Source of the DNA: Coniocarpon cinnabarinum
Taxonomy: Eukaryota
DNA: 64,000 nt
Assembly (NCBI GenBank): GCA_051942205.1
Contig: JAVECO010000114.1
Location: 1-64,000 of the forward strand
Direction: 5' to 3'
Under the pieces are notes generated by a model, which ran no database searches, was not told the origin of the DNA, and worked only from the letters and a program-made list of their open reading frames with translations. Shown here piece after piece: positions 60,740 to 64,000 of this stretch. Every line of letters starts with the position of its first letter. Position 1 is the first letter of the stretch. Position numbers and translations under genes: made by a program.

Positions 60740-61281
60740 TGTAACGCCCCTATAGAGGACCCTACCCTTAAGTAACTAAGAAGGCGTAGGGCTGTCCTAG
60801 AGATAAGAACCTTTGCTATAGAAGAATATAATAGGGAATAATACAAAGAGATAAAGGTAGTAAGGGTTATAGGAGAAAGTAACTAGTATACTACTATAAT
60901 AAAGAATACTTTATCTAATAGTAGTAGTACTATCTAAGAAAGTAAGGTACGCTATAAACTAGTAAATAATTAGTTTAGTAGTTTATAACTTAGTATTTAG
61001 GTTAATTCTAAATTTAAATAATACTAAGCCTAAAAGAGAGGTAGGCTTACTATTAGACTATATAGACTAAGATATAAATAAATATATTCTACTAAGAAGG
61101 TACGTCTAGTAGTAATATAAGGTCTAGCGTCTAGAGGTCCTATATTATCTAAGGGTAGTATATAACTTTTATATATATAGTTTAGAGGTAAACATATCTC
61201 TATGCTCTAGAGGCTATTATACTAGCGTATTAATACGCGTGTCTACGTAACCTTTTGTCCTATATTAGGTATAGCGTAATA
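60740..61281. mobile_element. Solo LTR (542 bp) nested in the RIP block
   Basis: Starts TGTAACG and ends CGTAATA (RIP of ...ACA), flanked by TSD AAGAG at 60735-60739 and 61282-61286. It is slightly less degenerate than its surroundings. Confidence 0.7.
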
Positions 61282-64000
61282 AAGAGTTCTATACTAGTAA
61301 AAAGGTTATCTATTACTTAGTTGTTTAGTATATTTATTAAGCTAAAGTTAAAGTTATACTTATTAATTACTTACTTTATATTACTATATATATATATATA
61401 TCTATAAGATATAGCGTACCCTATATTATATCTACTAATATAGTAGTTCCCTAGTTATAGATATAGCTAAGCTCTACTTAGAGCAACTTATAGAGTTACT
61501 TAATCTAATCTATATTACTATTTACTACTACTTGCTAGATAGCTTACTAGGCATATATAGCTATATAATAGTACTATAGGTTAGAGTTATATAATCTATT
61601 TATATCTATAATAGTTAGTATATAGTTAGAACTATATAGTAATCTAGTAGCTTATCTATAGAGACTTTTGCTTTATAAGTTAAGAATTATTACTAGTTTA
61701 TCCTTCTTTTTAGATATAGTTGGTATTTTATTAATAAGGCACTTAGTAGGTTCTAAATAATTATCTTTTAAGCCTTCTTATATCTTAATTACTTACTATC
61801 TTAAATTATTTATATATATTTTTTTAGCTTTTACTTACTTCTTTTTATAGTTAGTAATATTCTAGGTATATATAGTACTTCTATTTATTACTTCTACTTT
61901 AGCCTTATAAATATCTACTTAATACTATCTAGCCTTAGTATCTTAAAGATTACTCTATTTAGGCTATTAGCTAGTAGCTGATATAGTCTTAGATTCTAAT
62001 CGCTTACTAACTACTATAATAAATTAAGCTATAAGCTCTACTAAGTTATAAATATAGTTAGTATATATAATATTAGTAATTAAGTTAAATTAGTAGCTAA
62101 GGCTTTCTATTTTTTCCTTTTTAGTTAGTCTAACTCTTAGTTATATAAGCGCTCTAGATTTAGCAGCCTCTATAACATATAGGTATAAAAGATCTTTAAT
62201 ATTTATATTTAAAGAAAATTGCTTAGTTACTAAAATATCTATAGTTAGTATAAGTTATAATATATATAGTAAAGGTTTTATAGTAGTAGTTACTATCTTC
62301 TAAGCCACTAATTTTATTACTAGTAAAGATGTTATCTATTATAGCTATAGGTCCTATTAGCTATAGTTCTTAAGAGCTTAGTTAATTAGGTTATTTACCT
62401 TTTTAAGGTTTTTATCTATATTAGAGTAGTTAGTAGTAATATTTTTAAATTATACTATAGCTTAGTTACTCTTATTAGTTACTACGTATACTTACTAGAA
62501 AAGTAGCGCTATACTTAGTTCTACTCTAGTCTATAGGTAGTTAAAAGTCTTAGGTAGTATTAATCTTACTAGTAGTTTTTAGTTAATAATATCTATTATA
62601 TATTTTAAGGCTAGTTACTAGTTAATCTCTATAACTTCTAAATCCTTATACTAGTTCTATAAGAGTAGTTTCTTTATTTAAACTTACTTTAACTTTTTTT
62701 TTCGCTTTAGTCTTAGTTTATATATTATTAGCTACTACTTTTCTTATAGGTCTTTTTTTTTTTACTTATTTAGTAGAAGAGGCTACTAAAGTAGGTAGCG
62801 CTATAAGAATTTATTATAAGAATATTAAGAATAGTAGTTAGTTGCTAGGGTTAAAGATAGGTACTAACTTTAAAAATTTTTTATCTTTTTATTTTTACTT
62901 AACCTTAGTAGCTATAAGACGGTTATTAGAAATAATCTAGTTATAACTAGTAAGCGTATATTCTTTAAAGGCTATAGGCTTTAAATTAGTATAAGATGCC
63001 TATTAGTTCTATAGTTAGTTTACTTAATAGCTTTTAAATAGAAGTATAAATAATTCTTTTAGTATATATACTTACTATATAGTAAGATATAGCTACTAAA
63101 GACTAAGTAGAAAAGACTATTTAGTTCTACTATAATTACTAGGTTATTGCTTATATCTTAAACTTTAATTAACTAGTTAGTATTATTAAAATTATATAGA
63201 CTATAAATACTTAATAAGATAATTTTTATAGGGTTAAAGTATTAGTTAATAGTGTTAGCTATAATATAATTGTTATAAGGGACTACTTAGTTATCTTAAG
63301 AAATATTAACGCTTAATAAGATTAGTAGTAGGTTCTTAATAATTTTCTTTTGCTTTTTTCTATAGTTAGTAGTTTTAGGCTTTAGCTTACTTTTATCTTT
63401 TACTTAGTTAAAGACTTATATAACTAGTAAAAATACCTTCTTGCTATTATTAAAGATATAGTAGCTATTTACTTAGTATCCTTATAGCTAATATGCCTAC
63501 TAAATACCTTAATTATCTATATTTAGTAGTTAATTAGGTAAGTTCTAATCTTTTATAGTATAGAGTTATCTAACTAGGATAGCGTTTACTTAAGTATATA
63601 GTTAGTTGTTAGTAAGTTTACCTTCTATAAAGGTAAGTAGCTTATTAGGCTTTATAGTTAGTTTTAGTAGTAGTTGTATCTTTACTAATTAGTTATAGAT
63701 ACCTTTATTCTCTAATAGTTAGTTGTTTTCTAATAATTAGTTATCTTTATTACTGTCTTGTTTAGTTTTTACTAGTTATATTTTTTTAGTTACTTTTACT
63801 GCTCTTGCTTTTAATAGTCTAGGCGTCTTTAGTTTAGCTAATAGCTTCTATACTAGATTAAATACTAAGAAAGCTTAGTCTATCTATTTAGGCTTCTTCT
63901 TTAATTTTAGCTATTTTGCTTTAGTACTAGTTAGTAAGGCTATATCTTTAGTAGTTTTTTATTTCTTTGCTACGCCTTTATTACTCTTAGTACTATTATT

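Larger units (their letters stand above)
58920..64000. repeat. AT-rich, RIP-degenerated transposon block
   Basis: Abrupt loss of GC, no ORF of 60 aa or more in the supplied track, near-absence of CpA/TpG and a large excess of TpA (TAG/CTA/TAA). This is the hallmark of repeat-induced point mutation. Confidence 0.93.

Noticed and set aside
59640..64000. RT, RNase H or integrase domains in the RIP block
   Set aside because: Too mutated to read any motif confidently, so no superfamily is assigned.
1..64000. tRNA, rRNA, snRNA genes, CRISPR arrays, telomeric repeats
   Set aside because: None recognised by eye. Small ncRNAs could be missed without tRNAscan-SE or Infernal.

Overview
This is eukaryotic DNA from a filamentous ascomycete (Pezizomycotina; a Dothideomycete is a plausible but unproven guess). 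Bases 1 to about 50.5 kb are compact, intron-poor, GC-balanced core genome. They carry LAA1/HEATR5, an MMtag protein, a YebC/TACO1 protein, a luciferase-like (DUF5519) protein, TSC2, CSE1, an MFS transporter, a PTH11-like GPCR, a DUF1769 protein, mitochondrial LeuRS, an APC amino-acid permease, formin SepA/Bni1, ELP5, GYP7, TRS120/HypA, an EEB1-like esterase and LOC1. From about 50.8 kb the window becomes accessory. Nested solo LTRs with readable 5-bp target-site duplications and a RIP-damaged gag-like fragment precede an intact two-gene island. The island holds (i) a five-exon gene, largely missed by the ORF track, encoding a 200-aa stand-alone, degenerate eEF1A/HBS1-like G domain and (ii) a SesB-like lipase-NACHT-ankyrin NLR. 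A further solo LTR and a >5 kb AT-rich, heavily RIP-mutated transposon block follow. The best candidate for an undescribed system is the pseudo-GTPase plus NLR pair, possibly a decoy/guard immune module. All gene models and splice sites were read by hand and family names come from motif recognition, not database searches.
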